This document shows, piece after piece, positions 30,299-39,665 of a stretch of DNA of 64,000 bases. The first letter of the stretch is position 1. Every line of letters starts with the position of its first letter. Source of the DNA: Candidatus Entotheonellaceae bacterium (lineage in GTDB: Bacteria > Tectomicrobia > Entotheonellia > Entotheonellales > Entotheonellaceae); the NCBI GenBank assembly GCA_965238075.1, contig OZ250173.1, positions 1,248,001 through 1,312,000 of the forward strand, read 5' to 3'. The translations under genes were made by a program, and so were the position numbers. The notes beneath the pieces were generated by a model. It was given only the letters and a program-made list of their open reading frames with translations. It had not been told where the DNA came from and did not search any database.

Positions 30299-31792
30299 TT
30301 ACCAAGCAGACGACAGAAGCAGTTGCTGTGCATCTTCCCTGTCGACCACCCGTCTCCCTTCCACTGGTGTCTCCAGTCGATCCTTTGGGAGCACCGAGTT
30401 CAAATAAGCGAGCAGATCACCGGGGGCTACTTCATTCGATTCCTCAATTCCTCTGGTTCTCCACGTGTCCGGCAACCAACAGAAGTGGGCTGTTTTGAAC
30501 AAATGCCCCGCCCCGTCCATAGCCTCTACCGTCTTTACGAATAAAACGCTCTCGTCCAGGACCTGCTTAAACACCGCCGGCGAGTGCGTGTTAACGATCA
30601 CCTGGCGTAGCGGATTATCGGGTCCTATGGCTTCCCGGGTATCCACTGCAATATCGCGCAGCAGATCCAGGATGGACGGAATCCGCGCTGGGTGGATGCC
30701 GTTCTCGGGTTCTTCCAAACAAAGCACGCCTTGGTTTTGCGGATCCATTTCCAGAACGGCCAGGGCCAAGAAGCGCAGGGTACCATCCGACAGTGCCTGG
30801 GCAGGATGCGGGGTTCCACCTCTGTCCTTTACGTACAAGGTCAACAATTCTCGTTTTTCATCCCTGTCGATATAGAGGTCGTACACATCATCAATAAGTT
30901 CAATCAATCGGTTGGCGATCTGACTATATGTCTGGATTATTTTTGCCTCTTCCACCAAACCGTTGCCTTCTCCTTTTCCGGCATCGCGAGCCAAGCGGTA
31001 CAACGTGGCCGCCAAATGGCTGCCATCCGTCCCCAGACGCGTGGAGGAGGAGAATTCATCTGGCCGCCTGAGCGCCGCGGGTTCCAGCTGCAGCATTCGC
31101 CACGCTTCCATTTCCCGACGGGCCACTAGAACAGTAGGGCTTTCGGCAGCGTTTGCTACCGAAAGGACGGTGCGAGGCAAGTTGGCCGCCGGCCTAGGCA
31201 AGGGGCGGCCACTGCTCCCGCCATCCTGATGCAAGTTTATAATTCTGTTCTCGCCTTCTATCTTGGTGGAAATGAATGGCGCGTTTGTGCGCCGGCCGTC
31301 CACGACCGACTCTCGCCAATGCTTTGCGCTATGAGGGAATAACAGGTGCTTCAAGGCGTCCCGCTGGGAAATGTGCACCAGCTCCTCTTTCATAATTTCG
31401 AGAGCTCCTGGTAACAGACTGTCGCCAGTCTCTCGATAGGCTAGTTCCAGGGAATAGCGCAAAAACGTGATGGTGGCCTTGGCTTCCTGACCCAGATCGT
31501 CGACGGCTTTCCTCGGCACGAGCATCTCGGCCTCAAAGGACATCTTTTTGGCATAGAGGTCACCCATGCGATGAAAGAGGCTGCGCATATTCGCCGTACG
31601 GCCGTCCTGGTCCCGTACGGAGGCGGCGGCCTCCATAAGCGTGTGATTGGCCAGCACACTCAGAAACCGGATCGCGTCGAAGAGATTCGATTTGCCCACT
31701 GCATTGGGCCCGACCACACAGGTGAACGGACCAAAGCGTACATCCACGTCTACAAGGTTCTTGAAACCAGAGACTTTCAGTCGGGTCAGCAT
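30299..31792 (-). CDS. ABC-type ATPase (AAA_21/AAA_15, AbiEii/OLD-like)
   Basis: GFKN, GPNAVGKS Walker A, LSDGTLR signature, LEEPENGIH Walker B/D-loop, NTHS H-loop. Confidence 0.88.
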   Translation of the reverse strand: MLTRLKVSGFKNLVDVDVRFGPFTCVVGPNAVGKSNLFDAIRFLSVLANHTLMEAAASVRDQDGRTANMRSLFHRMGDLYAKKMSFEAEMLVPRKAVDDLGQEAKATITFLRYSLELAYRETGDSLLPGALEIMKEELVHISQRDALKHLLFPHSAKHWRESVVDGRRTNAPFISTKIEGENRIINLHQDGGSSGRPLPRPAANLPRTVLSVANAAESPTVLVARREMEAWRMLQLEPAALRRPDEFSSSTRLGTDGSHLAATLYRLARDAGKGEGNGLVEEAKIIQTYSQIANRLIELIDDVYDLYIDRDEKRELLTLYVKDRGGTPHPAQALSDGTLRFLALAVLEMDPQNQGVLCLEEPENGIHPARIPSILDLLRDIAVDTREAIGPDNPLRQVIVNTHSPAVFKQVLDESVLFVKTVEAMDGAGHLFKTAHFCWLPDTWRTRGIEESNEVAPGDLLAYLNSVLPKDRLETPVEGRRVVDREDAQQLLLSSAW

Positions 31793-31914
31793 GAGCTATC
31801 TCCAAATTTTGGGCTTTAGCTACGTCAACTGAGGTGTCTCCGCAGAGACGGCTCGGTTCGTCGGCTGGTTTAAGGAGCCTGACCTAATCTCTGCCCACCA
31901 AGCGATGAAGATTG

Positions 31915-33144
31915 TTACCGCACCAAGTGCTCATACACCGCCTGCAGGCCCGCGCGGCCGATGCGCTGGCGGGCGAAACGCATGCTGCTGACGCGGCGGT
32001 ATTCGTGCGGGGTTACGGCATCATTGCCGTGGGCCAGGGCGATGCAGGCCACGGTTTCCTGCCCGCCCTGAAACTGCTCGGCGCCGGTGACCGCCAAGCC
32101 CAGGTCGGTGCCGTTGCGCTGCCGCACGTTGCGCGCCATAACGGCAGCGACTTCGGGGCTGACGATTCCGTATCGGGCGACCAGCGCCTCGGGCACGTCC
32201 AGCAGGCGCTCCAGCGCCGTCGGGTGATGCGCCATGACTGCGGCGACAAACCGATGATCCGGCGTCAGCGCGCTGCCCAATTCGTGGCCCACGCCGCCGC
32301 TCATGCCGGACTCCGCCACCGCAATCGTGAGGTCGTGCTGCCGCAGCAGGTCGGCAACGGCTTGGTCGTACTCCACCGCATCGCGCCCGTACACGGCCTT
32401 GCCCAAACGCTGCCGAACCGCGGCCTCCAGCGGGTCGAGCAGCGTGGCTGCGGCCGCCTCGTCGGCCGCCTTCGCCGTCAGGCGCACGTGAATCTCGCCG
32501 AGTTGCATCTGCGCCAGCAGGCCGATCGTCGGGTTCGATCCCTCCTGAATCAGGTCATCCAACGTCTCGTCAATATAGCTCTCGGTCAGCCCGAGGCATT
32601 TCAGGGTCCGCGACACCAGCACCGCCTGCACCTGAAACCGATCCTTCAGATGCGGCAGCACGGCGTTTTCCATCAGGTAGCGCAACTCTCCCGGCACGCC
32701 GGGAAAACACACCACCGCGCCGCCGCGCGGCGTCGGCGCCACGAAGATGGGCGCGGTGCCCACCGGGTTCTCAATCGGCAGCGCGCCGGCCGGTACATGC
32801 GCCTGTCGGGCGTTGTTCTCCGTGTACCGGCTTCCCATCATCGCCTTGATCTGCTCCAGCAGGTTGGGGTGCATTTCCAGCGGCACCCCGAGCACCTCGG
32901 CCACCGACTCGCGCGTCATGTCGTCCAGCGTCGGGCCGATGCCGCCGGTCGTCAGCACCAGGTCGCTGCGGTTAACCGCCCGCTGCAGCGTCTCGACGAT
33001 GCGGCCCTTGTTGTCCCCCACGGTGCTCTTGTAATACAGGTCAATCCCCAGGCTCGACAACTGCTGCGCGATGTAGGCGGAGTTGGTATCGATGATCTGC
33101 CCGAGGAGCAATTCCGTGCCGATGACGATGATCTCGGCTTGCAT
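31915..33144 (-). CDS. cinA: CinA family protein (MocF-like N-terminal domain + PncC-like C-terminal domain)
   Basis: IGTELLLGQIIDTNS, TGGIGPTLDD, NPVGTAP, PGVPGE; C-terminal AVAES. Confidence 0.88.
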   Translation of the reverse strand: MQAEIIVIGTELLLGQIIDTNSAYIAQQLSSLGIDLYYKSTVGDNKGRIVETLQRAVNRSDLVLTTGGIGPTLDDMTRESVAEVLGVPLEMHPNLLEQIKAMMGSRYTENNARQAHVPAGALPIENPVGTAPIFVAPTPRGGAVVCFPGVPGELRYLMENAVLPHLKDRFQVQAVLVSRTLKCLGLTESYIDETLDDLIQEGSNPTIGLLAQMQLGEIHVRLTAKAADEAAAATLLDPLEAAVRQRLGKAVYGRDAVEYDQAVADLLRQHDLTIAVAESGMSGGVGHELGSALTPDHRFVAAVMAHHPTALERLLDVPEALVARYGIVSPEVAAVMARNVRQRNGTDLGLAVTGAEQFQGGQETVACIALAHGNDAVTPHEYRRVSSMRFARQRIGRAGLQAVYEHLVR

Positions 33145-33156
33145 GCCAGGGCTCTC

Positions 33157-33636
33157 CTACTCGCTGTCGAAGCGCCGAATGTCCAGGACGCGCAAGCGGC
33201 GGATGCCCGCCGGCAGGACGATATCGACGTCGTCGTCGAGTTCTTTGCCGACGAGCCCGCTGCCCAGGGGTGACAGGTAAGAAATGATGTTTCGTTCCGG
33301 TACCGCGTCCGCCTCGCCCAAAAGGGTGTACGTCACCTCCTCCCTGCTTTCCAGATCGAGGCAACACACCCGGGTGCCGATGGACACGCGCTCGCATGAG
33401 ATCTGCAAATCCTCGATGAAGCGGGGGGAGCGGAGTTGCACTTCGAGTTCGTGAATGCGCCGCTGAACCTGCTCCAACTGCTCGCGAGTGGCATGGTACT
33501 CGGCGTTTTCGCTGAGATCGCCCTCGGCGGCGGCGACATTCTTCGCCCGGCTCAGGTTCATCAGGTCCTCAGAACGCAATTTCTGCAGGTCCTCGGAGAG
33601 TCGTGCGTGAGCTGTACGGGTGAAAAAATAACTCAT
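33157..33636 (-). CDS. greA: transcription elongation factor GreA
   Basis: GDLSENAEY, ISYLSPLG. Confidence 0.9.
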   Translation of the reverse strand: MSYFFTRTAHARLSEDLQKLRSEDLMNLSRAKNVAAAEGDLSENAEYHATREQLEQVQRRIHELEVQLRSPRFIEDLQISCERVSIGTRVCCLDLESREEVTYTLLGEADAVPERNIISYLSPLGSGLVGKELDDDVDIVLPAGIRRLRVLDIRRFDSE

Positions 33637-33848
33637 AAAACGTTACGTCTCCTCATGTTGGTTGGAATCCATACGAAAAACGCAAAGGCACGCACAATTT
33701 CGCACGATCACGGGGCCGTGTCAAAGCACCAATCGACGCCCTCGTACCGGGATTTGGGCCCATCCGGCATTGTGCCACCACCCATCGATCTGCTACAGTG
33801 CGCGCCAGTTTCAACAACAACCGAACAGGGCTTGTGGGTGGAATCCGA

Positions 33849-34604
33849 ATGGTCACGCGCTTTCTCCGCAGGCGCCAGGCTTCTGACTCCGCCAAGAGTC
33901 TGATGCGCGCCGCACTCATCGAGGCTTTGCAGTCGCCTGCCTGCGCGCTTTGCCAAATTGCCCAGCAAAACAATCCGCGATACGTGGAAACGCTGCTTGA
34001 CGAGGCGGTCATCGACGTTGAGCAGCGGGATGCCTGGCGAGCGGCCAAGGGCTTGTGCAGTTGGCACGCCTGGATGGCCACCAAGTCACCGCAAGGCGCC
34101 GGCAGCTTGGCTATCCTGTACCAGGACGTGCTGCGGCACGACCTGTCGCTGATCGATCCCGTCACCGCACCGGACGACAGACGACAGCGCAGCGCGCAGC
34201 GCCGGTTCCTGCGCCGTCTGCGAAACTGGCTGGAGTCGTGCCAGGCGGGGCCGACGTGTCCCGCATGCCGTACCTGGGGGGAGCAGGAAGACCTGTACGT
34301 CCAAGTGCTGCTGAACGACTGGCCCGAGCCCGCCCTGTCCCAGGCTTTCGCGGCATCGGTCGGTCTGTGTTGGCCGCACCTGCGGCGATTGGCGGCGTGG
34401 CAGCCTGGTCACGAAAACCTGCCGGCTATTCTCAAGGCGCAACGCGCCTGCCTCGAGCGCTTGCAGCGCGACCTGGAATCGTTCATACGGAAACTTGATT
34501 ACCGCTTCGCCGACGAGCCTTACGGCCGCGAGGCCGACGCTTGGCGGCGAGCGGTATCGCTTTACGCCGGCGCCGCCGGCTGGCTGGGTAGCGCACCACG
34601 GTAA
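33849..34604 (+). CDS. uncharacterised protein with duplicated CxxC..GLCxxH motifs (DUF6062-like)
   Basis: CALC..GLCSWH and CPAC..GLCWPH, FIRKLDYRF. Confidence 0.7.
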   Translation: MVTRFLRRRQASDSAKSLMRAALIEALQSPACALCQIAQQNNPRYVETLLDEAVIDVEQRDAWRAAKGLCSWHAWMATKSPQGAGSLAILYQDVLRHDLSLIDPVTAPDDRRQRSAQRRFLRRLRNWLESCQAGPTCPACRTWGEQEDLYVQVLLNDWPEPALSQAFAASVGLCWPHLRRLAAWQPGHENLPAILKAQRACLERLQRDLESFIRKLDYRFADEPYGREADAWRRAVSLYAGAAGWLGSAPR

Positions 34605-34628
34605 CCTGACGCGAGGAGCCGTTTCAGT

Positions 34629-35453
34629 ATGCCTGAATTGCCCGAGGTGGAGACCATCCGGCGGGGTCTCAGCCAGCAACTCGTGGGACGCACCATCAGC
34701 GCCGTCCGGGTACGGCAGGCGAAGCTTCGTCACGTCGTGGACGCCCGGGCACTGCACGAACACGCCGTGGGCCGCACGATCAGCCGGGTGGAGCGCCGCG
34801 CCAAGTACCTGCTAATCCACTTGCAGCCCGGCCGGGTCTTGCTGTTCCATCTCGGCATGAGCGGACGCCTCCGGGTGGGCGCCCCCACCAGCGAGGACGC
34901 CAAGCACGATCACCTGATCTTCCAGATGGGCGCGGACCTGGAAATGCGCTTCCACGACCCGCGGCGTTTTGGCATGTGCCTGCCCACTACGGTCGCCGAC
35001 CTGCCGAATCACCCACGTCTGCGCGGCCTCGGCGAGGAGCCCTTGTCGGAAGCGTTCACCTGCGATTACCTGCGGGCGCAGGCGAAACGGTCGCGCAAGC
35101 CCGTCAAGAATTTCCTGATGGACGCCGCGGTGGTCGTCGGCATTGGCAACATCTACGCCAGCGAGAGTCTGTATCTGGCCAAGTTGCGCCCGACCCGACC
35201 CGTGGACTGTTTGCGCCCGGTGCACTGGACGCGTCTACACGGCTCGGTGCGGCAGGTGCTGCAAGCCGCTATCGACAAGCACGGCACCTCGCTGTCGGAC
35301 TACGTTGACAGCAACGGCGAGCGGGGTGAGTTCCAGAACGAACTGTTCGTGTATGGCCGCGAGGGCGAGCCGTGCGCCCGCGACGGTCACCGGATCAAGC
35401 GCATTGTGCAGGCGGGGCGGAGCAGCTTCTACTGTCCCTGGTGTCAACGCTGA
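34629..35453 (+). CDS. mutM: formamidopyrimidine-DNA glycosylase
   Basis: MPELPEVE, RRAKYL, HLGMSG, GIGNIYASE H2TH, C-terminal Zn finger. Confidence 0.96.
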   Translation: MPELPEVETIRRGLSQQLVGRTISAVRVRQAKLRHVVDARALHEHAVGRTISRVERRAKYLLIHLQPGRVLLFHLGMSGRLRVGAPTSEDAKHDHLIFQMGADLEMRFHDPRRFGMCLPTTVADLPNHPRLRGLGEEPLSEAFTCDYLRAQAKRSRKPVKNFLMDAAVVVGIGNIYASESLYLAKLRPTRPVDCLRPVHWTRLHGSVRQVLQAAIDKHGTSLSDYVDSNGERGEFQNELFVYGREGEPCARDGHRIKRIVQAGRSSFYCPWCQR

Positions 35454-35495
35454 GTTGCTTTTCTATCCACGATAGGTGCGGGAGGTGCGGGGAAA

Positions 35496-36311
35496 TTGAG
35501 CGTGTCATCGCTAATCGAGTTTCGCAAAATTGCCGAGGAAGCCGCGCAGGTCGGTGGCCGCGTCCTGATGCAGCATCGCTATCAGCCGCTCGAAATCGAG
35601 CACAAGGAGCGTCAGGAAGTCGTCACCAACGTTGACCGCAAGGCCGATGAGGCCATTTGCGGCGTCATCAAACACTATTTCCCGAACGACTCCATCATCA
35701 GCGAGGAATCCGGCGTCAGCCGCGCCATCTCGCCCTACACGTGGATCATCGACCCCCTCGACGGCACCGAGTCCTACATCCGCGGCCAGAATTTCTCCGG
35801 CGTCACGGTGGCCTTGGTTAAAGGCGGCGAGACGCTCGTAGGCGTCGTCTTTCACCCCTTCCAAGACGAGCTTTACGCCGCCGTGCGCGACAGCGAAACG
35901 ACGGTCAACGGGCACACGGCGCAGGTAAGCGATATCGCCGACGTCGCGCAGGCGCGCCTAATACTCGATTATTCGCCGCGCGATGCCCTGCGGCAGCATC
36001 TCTTTGCGGTGGAGTGGGCGCACGGCATGAAGCAGATGTTTCGCATCGGCGGCTCGGTGGCGCTGAACATGTGCCTGGTAGCCAAGGGGGCGGCGGAAGG
36101 TTACGTCTACGGGCGCCGGCGCAATCGCGTCAAGACCTGGGACGTGGCCGCAGCGACGCTTCTGGTACAGCGCGCCGGCGGCTGCGTACTGGATCGCCTC
36201 GGGCGCCCGCTGGATGCCACCGAACCGCAGGGCTACCTGCTGTGCCACAACCGGCAGCTCGACGTGCCCGGCCTGTTCGGCGGCCATGAACCCTCGGGAC
36301 AGACCGCCTAA
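35496..36311 (+). CDS. inositol monophosphatase family protein
   Basis: SEE, WIIDPLDGT, WDVAA. Confidence 0.9.
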   Translation: MSVSSLIEFRKIAEEAAQVGGRVLMQHRYQPLEIEHKERQEVVTNVDRKADEAICGVIKHYFPNDSIISEESGVSRAISPYTWIIDPLDGTESYIRGQNFSGVTVALVKGGETLVGVVFHPFQDELYAAVRDSETTVNGHTAQVSDIADVAQARLILDYSPRDALRQHLFAVEWAHGMKQMFRIGGSVALNMCLVAKGAAEGYVYGRRRNRVKTWDVAAATLLVQRAGGCVLDRLGRPLDATEPQGYLLCHNRQLDVPGLFGGHEPSGQTA

Positions 36312-36961
36312 GGGTCGCTCCGGCGCTGCTTCTGCAGGTATTCGAGGCTCTTGTGATACCACTCTTCGGGAATCCTGTGGCTCTCGCCCAGGTAGTGCAA
36401 GACGGATTCCAGCGTCAGGATCGAAACCAGGTTGACTCCAAGGTGTTTCAAGCGCGCCTGGCCGCCCTCCTGGCGGTCAAGCAGAACCAGCGCATCACGC
36501 ACCAACAGGCCCTCCTGCTGTAGGATCGAGGTGGTATGCGCGATGCTTCGACCGCCTGTCACCAAGTCGTCAATGATGAGTACGCGCTGCCCCACCTCGT
36601 AGATGCCTTCGATGATGCCGGCTTGGCCGTTGTGGGTGGGCTTGACGTAGATCAGCGGCGTTCCGGAGATCAGCGAGAACGCCGTGGCCAGGTGAAGGCC
36701 GCCAAAGGGGATACCGGCAACGAGATCGTAGGACGCCAAGTGCGGATGCCGCATGACCTGGAGGGTTTGCACTTCTTCCAGCATGACCTCGGCGGCGCGC
36801 CGCAGCGCTTCGGGATTGCTGATCAGCCGACGCAGGTTGACGTATACCGGCGAGTTCACGACGGTTTCCCCGAGAGAAAAGTCGCCAAACTGCACGCCGC
36901 CGAGATTCCAGAGTTCCTCGGCCAGCCACAAGTTGGCTACCCGCTCGTCTCCTGAGGCCAT
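36308..36961 (-). CDS. pyrE: orotate phosphoribosyltransferase-like protein
   Basis: FGDFSL..SPVYVNLR, VLIIDDLVTGGRS PRPP motif, LDRQEGG. Confidence 0.82.
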   Translation of the reverse strand: MASGDERVANLWLAEELWNLGGVQFGDFSLGETVVNSPVYVNLRRLISNPEALRRAAEVMLEEVQTLQVMRHPHLASYDLVAGIPFGGLHLATAFSLISGTPLIYVKPTHNGQAGIIEGIYEVGQRVLIIDDLVTGGRSIAHTTSILQQEGLLVRDALVLLDRQEGGQARLKHLGVNLVSILTLESVLHYLGESHRIPEEWYHKSLEYLQKQRRSDP

Positions 36962-37053
36962 CTAACACGATCCTTTCATTGTGAGGCAATGTTCGGGTAT
37001 GAAGAGGTCACTCTTATCACAGGAAGACCATCCATTCAATGGAGGGCACAAGC

Positions 37054-38088
37054 ATGAACTGGCGTGAGCTTCCCATCCCGGAACATTTCGATCCCGACAC
37101 GGTGGGCCAGGTCTGGCGCGTGCCGTACGGAGACCGCGCCGGGCAGGCGTCGGCCTGGGCCAGGCAGCACGGCATCGCGCCTGCGGCTGCCGACGGCAAA
37201 CGGGTCTGCCTGCTGGCCATCGACGTGCAAAACACCTTCTGCCTGCCGGATTTCGAGTTGTTCGTCGGCGGGCGTTCGGGACGCGGCGCTGTCGATGACA
37301 ATGCTCGCTTGTGCGCCTTCATCTACCGCAACCTTGCCTCGATCACCGAAATCCATCCCACCCTCGACACCCATACGGCTATGCAGATCTTCCACCCGGT
37401 GTTCCTGGTCAATGCGGACGGCGAACATCCGCAACCGCTGACGCCGGTGTCGCTCGATGACGTCGAAAACGGTGTCTGGAAGGTGAATCCGGCGGTCGCC
37501 GACAGCGTATCGGGCGGCGACGTCGATGCCTTGCAGCGACACTTGCTGCACTACTGCCGCAAGCTGAGCAATTCGGGCAAGTACCTGTTGATGATCTGGC
37601 CCTACCACTCGATTCTGGGCGGCATCGGCCACTGCCTGGTCTCGGCGGTGGAGGAGGCCCTGTTCTTCCACAACCTCGCACGCCACAGCCAAACGGGCTT
37701 CGAGATCAAGGGCGGCAACCCGCTCACCGAGAACTACTCCGTGCTGCGGCCCGAGGTTCTGGACAACCCGGACGGGCAGGCCATTGCCCAAAAGAACGGC
37801 CGTTTGGTCAACAAGCTGCTGGAATTCGACGCGCTGATCATCGCCGGGCAGGCCAAGAGCCATTGTGTGGCGTGGACCGTCGCCGATCTGCTCGACGACA
37901 TCGAGGCGCTGGACCCGGCGTTGGCTCGGAAGGTCTATCTGCTGGAGGATTGCACCTCGCCGGTGGTGGTGCCGGGTGTGATCGACTTCACCGATGACGC
38001 CGACGCGGCGTACCAACGCTTTGCAGATGCCGGCATGCACCGGGTGCAGTCCACCACCGCGATGGCCGACTGGCCCGATCTGCCGTAG
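37054..38088 (+). CDS. isochorismatase/nicotinamidase-like cysteine hydrolase
   Basis: IDVQNTFC, TLDTH, WPYH, KG, AGQAKSHCV catalytic Cys. Confidence 0.85.
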   Translation: MNWRELPIPEHFDPDTVGQVWRVPYGDRAGQASAWARQHGIAPAAADGKRVCLLAIDVQNTFCLPDFELFVGGRSGRGAVDDNARLCAFIYRNLASITEIHPTLDTHTAMQIFHPVFLVNADGEHPQPLTPVSLDDVENGVWKVNPAVADSVSGGDVDALQRHLLHYCRKLSNSGKYLLMIWPYHSILGGIGHCLVSAVEEALFFHNLARHSQTGFEIKGGNPLTENYSVLRPEVLDNPDGQAIAQKNGRLVNKLLEFDALIIAGQAKSHCVAWTVADLLDDIEALDPALARKVYLLEDCTSPVVVPGVIDFTDDADAAYQRFADAGMHRVQSTTAMADWPDLP

Positions 38089-38152
38089 TAGCCGCCGGTC
38101 ACCTAAAACATTTCTGTACCGAATTGAATCATGTGCGGACCGGCGGCTTCAA

Positions 38153-38242
38153 GTGGGTCGGGTTGGCCGTAGACGTAACCCGACAGCAGTAGCCTGCGGG
38201 GCGCAGTGGAATGTCGGATTACGCTGTGCTCATCCGACCTAC
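38153..38242. repeat. GTAG-type REP doublet (REPIN-like) between convergent genes
   Basis: gtgggtcgggttggccgtagacgtaacccgaca...tgtcggattacgctgtgctcatccgacctac; homologous to 10218..10305. Confidence 0.85.
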
Positions 38243-38261
38243 AGCTCGATGCGGAAATGCT

Positions 38262-39650
38262 CTAGCCCTGCCGCGCGCCGTCGCCCACCCGGGAGTTGCG
38301 CATCACCCGGTCGGAGAAGGTGCAAAAATCCGCGAAGGCCCCCCGCAGATAGGCCAGGCGCTCGGCCTCGGCCACCCCCTCGTGCAGCGGATCGACCCCT
38401 GCATCCATGGCCTGAAACGCCGGCTCCGGCTCGTCCTGCCGCGTGATGGGGGCGCTGTACCAGCGGTCGCTCCGGTACAGGTATCGCTGCCCCCCCGCCA
38501 CGAAGGCAAATTGGTTGTAGCGAAACCGCGCGTGCGTGCGGCCACGGTTGTTGTACCAATAGGACTGCATGACCGGCACTGAACGCCACGGCTCGTCCGG
38601 CAGCGACACCAGCGCCCGGTCGCGGTCGCCGGCGGCGCGCAGTACGGAGCCGAAGATATCCCGCGCCGATACGGGCTGATGCTCGATGCGCGGCGCCCCG
38701 CCGTTGGGCGACAGCCAGAACAACGGCACGCGATTCCCGGCGTCGTTGACGTTCGAGAAGTGGTACTGCCAGCCCTGCTCGCCGAAGTTGTCGCCGTGGT
38801 CCGAAGCGAAGACCACCAGGCTCTCGTTCTGTTCCCGCATCTCCTGAATGAACGCGTCCAGGCCCGGCGCCATGCGCTCCCACGACCGCCGCTGCCGCCG
38901 TCGCAACAGTGCCAGCATGTCCGGCCGAATGTAATCCTTCTTACCCAGCAATCGCGTTTGATTCACCAAGTGATACAGGCTGTATAGTTCCCGCGCCTTG
39001 TTCCAATACCCCGCCGCCGAGGTGCTGAATATATCGCCGATGTGATACGGGAAGTGCGGCTCCATCAGGTTGAGGAACAGAAAGGTGCGCGCCCCACGGC
39101 TCTCGTTGGCCCGCAGGATTGCCCGCGCCCGCTCGAAAACCGCCTGCATGGTCGATTGCAGCCACACCTCAGCGGCTTGCAGGTCCTCGCTGAGGCGGCC
39201 CAGCAACAAGTCCTTGGAGAGCAGCTTGCGGCGCAGGCGCGGCTTGCCGATCAGCGCCAGCAGGCCGAACAAGTTCTTGTGACGCGCCGGCACCATGTGC
39301 CAGATGCGGTCAACGGTCTCGAAGCCGCGACTGAGGCCGAAAATATCGGTGGTCACCACGTTGGCCGTTACCATGTGGGTACGGTATCCGAGGGTGCGCA
39401 GGCGTTCGGGCAGGCGGGGCACGTGCTGGTGAATGTCGCGCGTTTGTCCGGTGGCGCCGTGCTCGTGGGGCATCAGGCCGGTGAACATCGAAGCCGTGGC
39501 GGGCAACGTCCAGCAGCCGCCCGAGCGCGCTTGGTCAAACCGTATGGCCCGGGCCGCCGTGTACGGCAGACGATGGTCGTCCCCGGCGTGCACGGAGTCC
39601 CAGCGCAGGCTGTCGGCTACCAGCAGCACGATGTTCTTCGGGGTGTCCAT
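38262..39650 (-). CDS. sulfatase-like alkaline-phosphatase-superfamily hydrolase/transferase (Thr nucleophile)
   Basis: NIVLLVADSLR, WTLPATASMFTG, EPHFPY, SDHGDNFGE, VPL. Confidence 0.82.
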   Translation of the reverse strand: MDTPKNIVLLVADSLRWDSVHAGDDHRLPYTAARAIRFDQARSGGCWTLPATASMFTGLMPHEHGATGQTRDIHQHVPRLPERLRTLGYRTHMVTANVVTTDIFGLSRGFETVDRIWHMVPARHKNLFGLLALIGKPRLRRKLLSKDLLLGRLSEDLQAAEVWLQSTMQAVFERARAILRANESRGARTFLFLNLMEPHFPYHIGDIFSTSAAGYWNKARELYSLYHLVNQTRLLGKKDYIRPDMLALLRRRQRRSWERMAPGLDAFIQEMREQNESLVVFASDHGDNFGEQGWQYHFSNVNDAGNRVPLFWLSPNGGAPRIEHQPVSARDIFGSVLRAAGDRDRALVSLPDEPWRSVPVMQSYWYNNRGRTHARFRYNQFAFVAGGQRYLYRSDRWYSAPITRQDEPEPAFQAMDAGVDPLHEGVAEAERLAYLRGAFADFCTFSDRVMRNSRVGDGARQG

Positions 39651-39665
39651 GCGCCCTCTTCTCAG

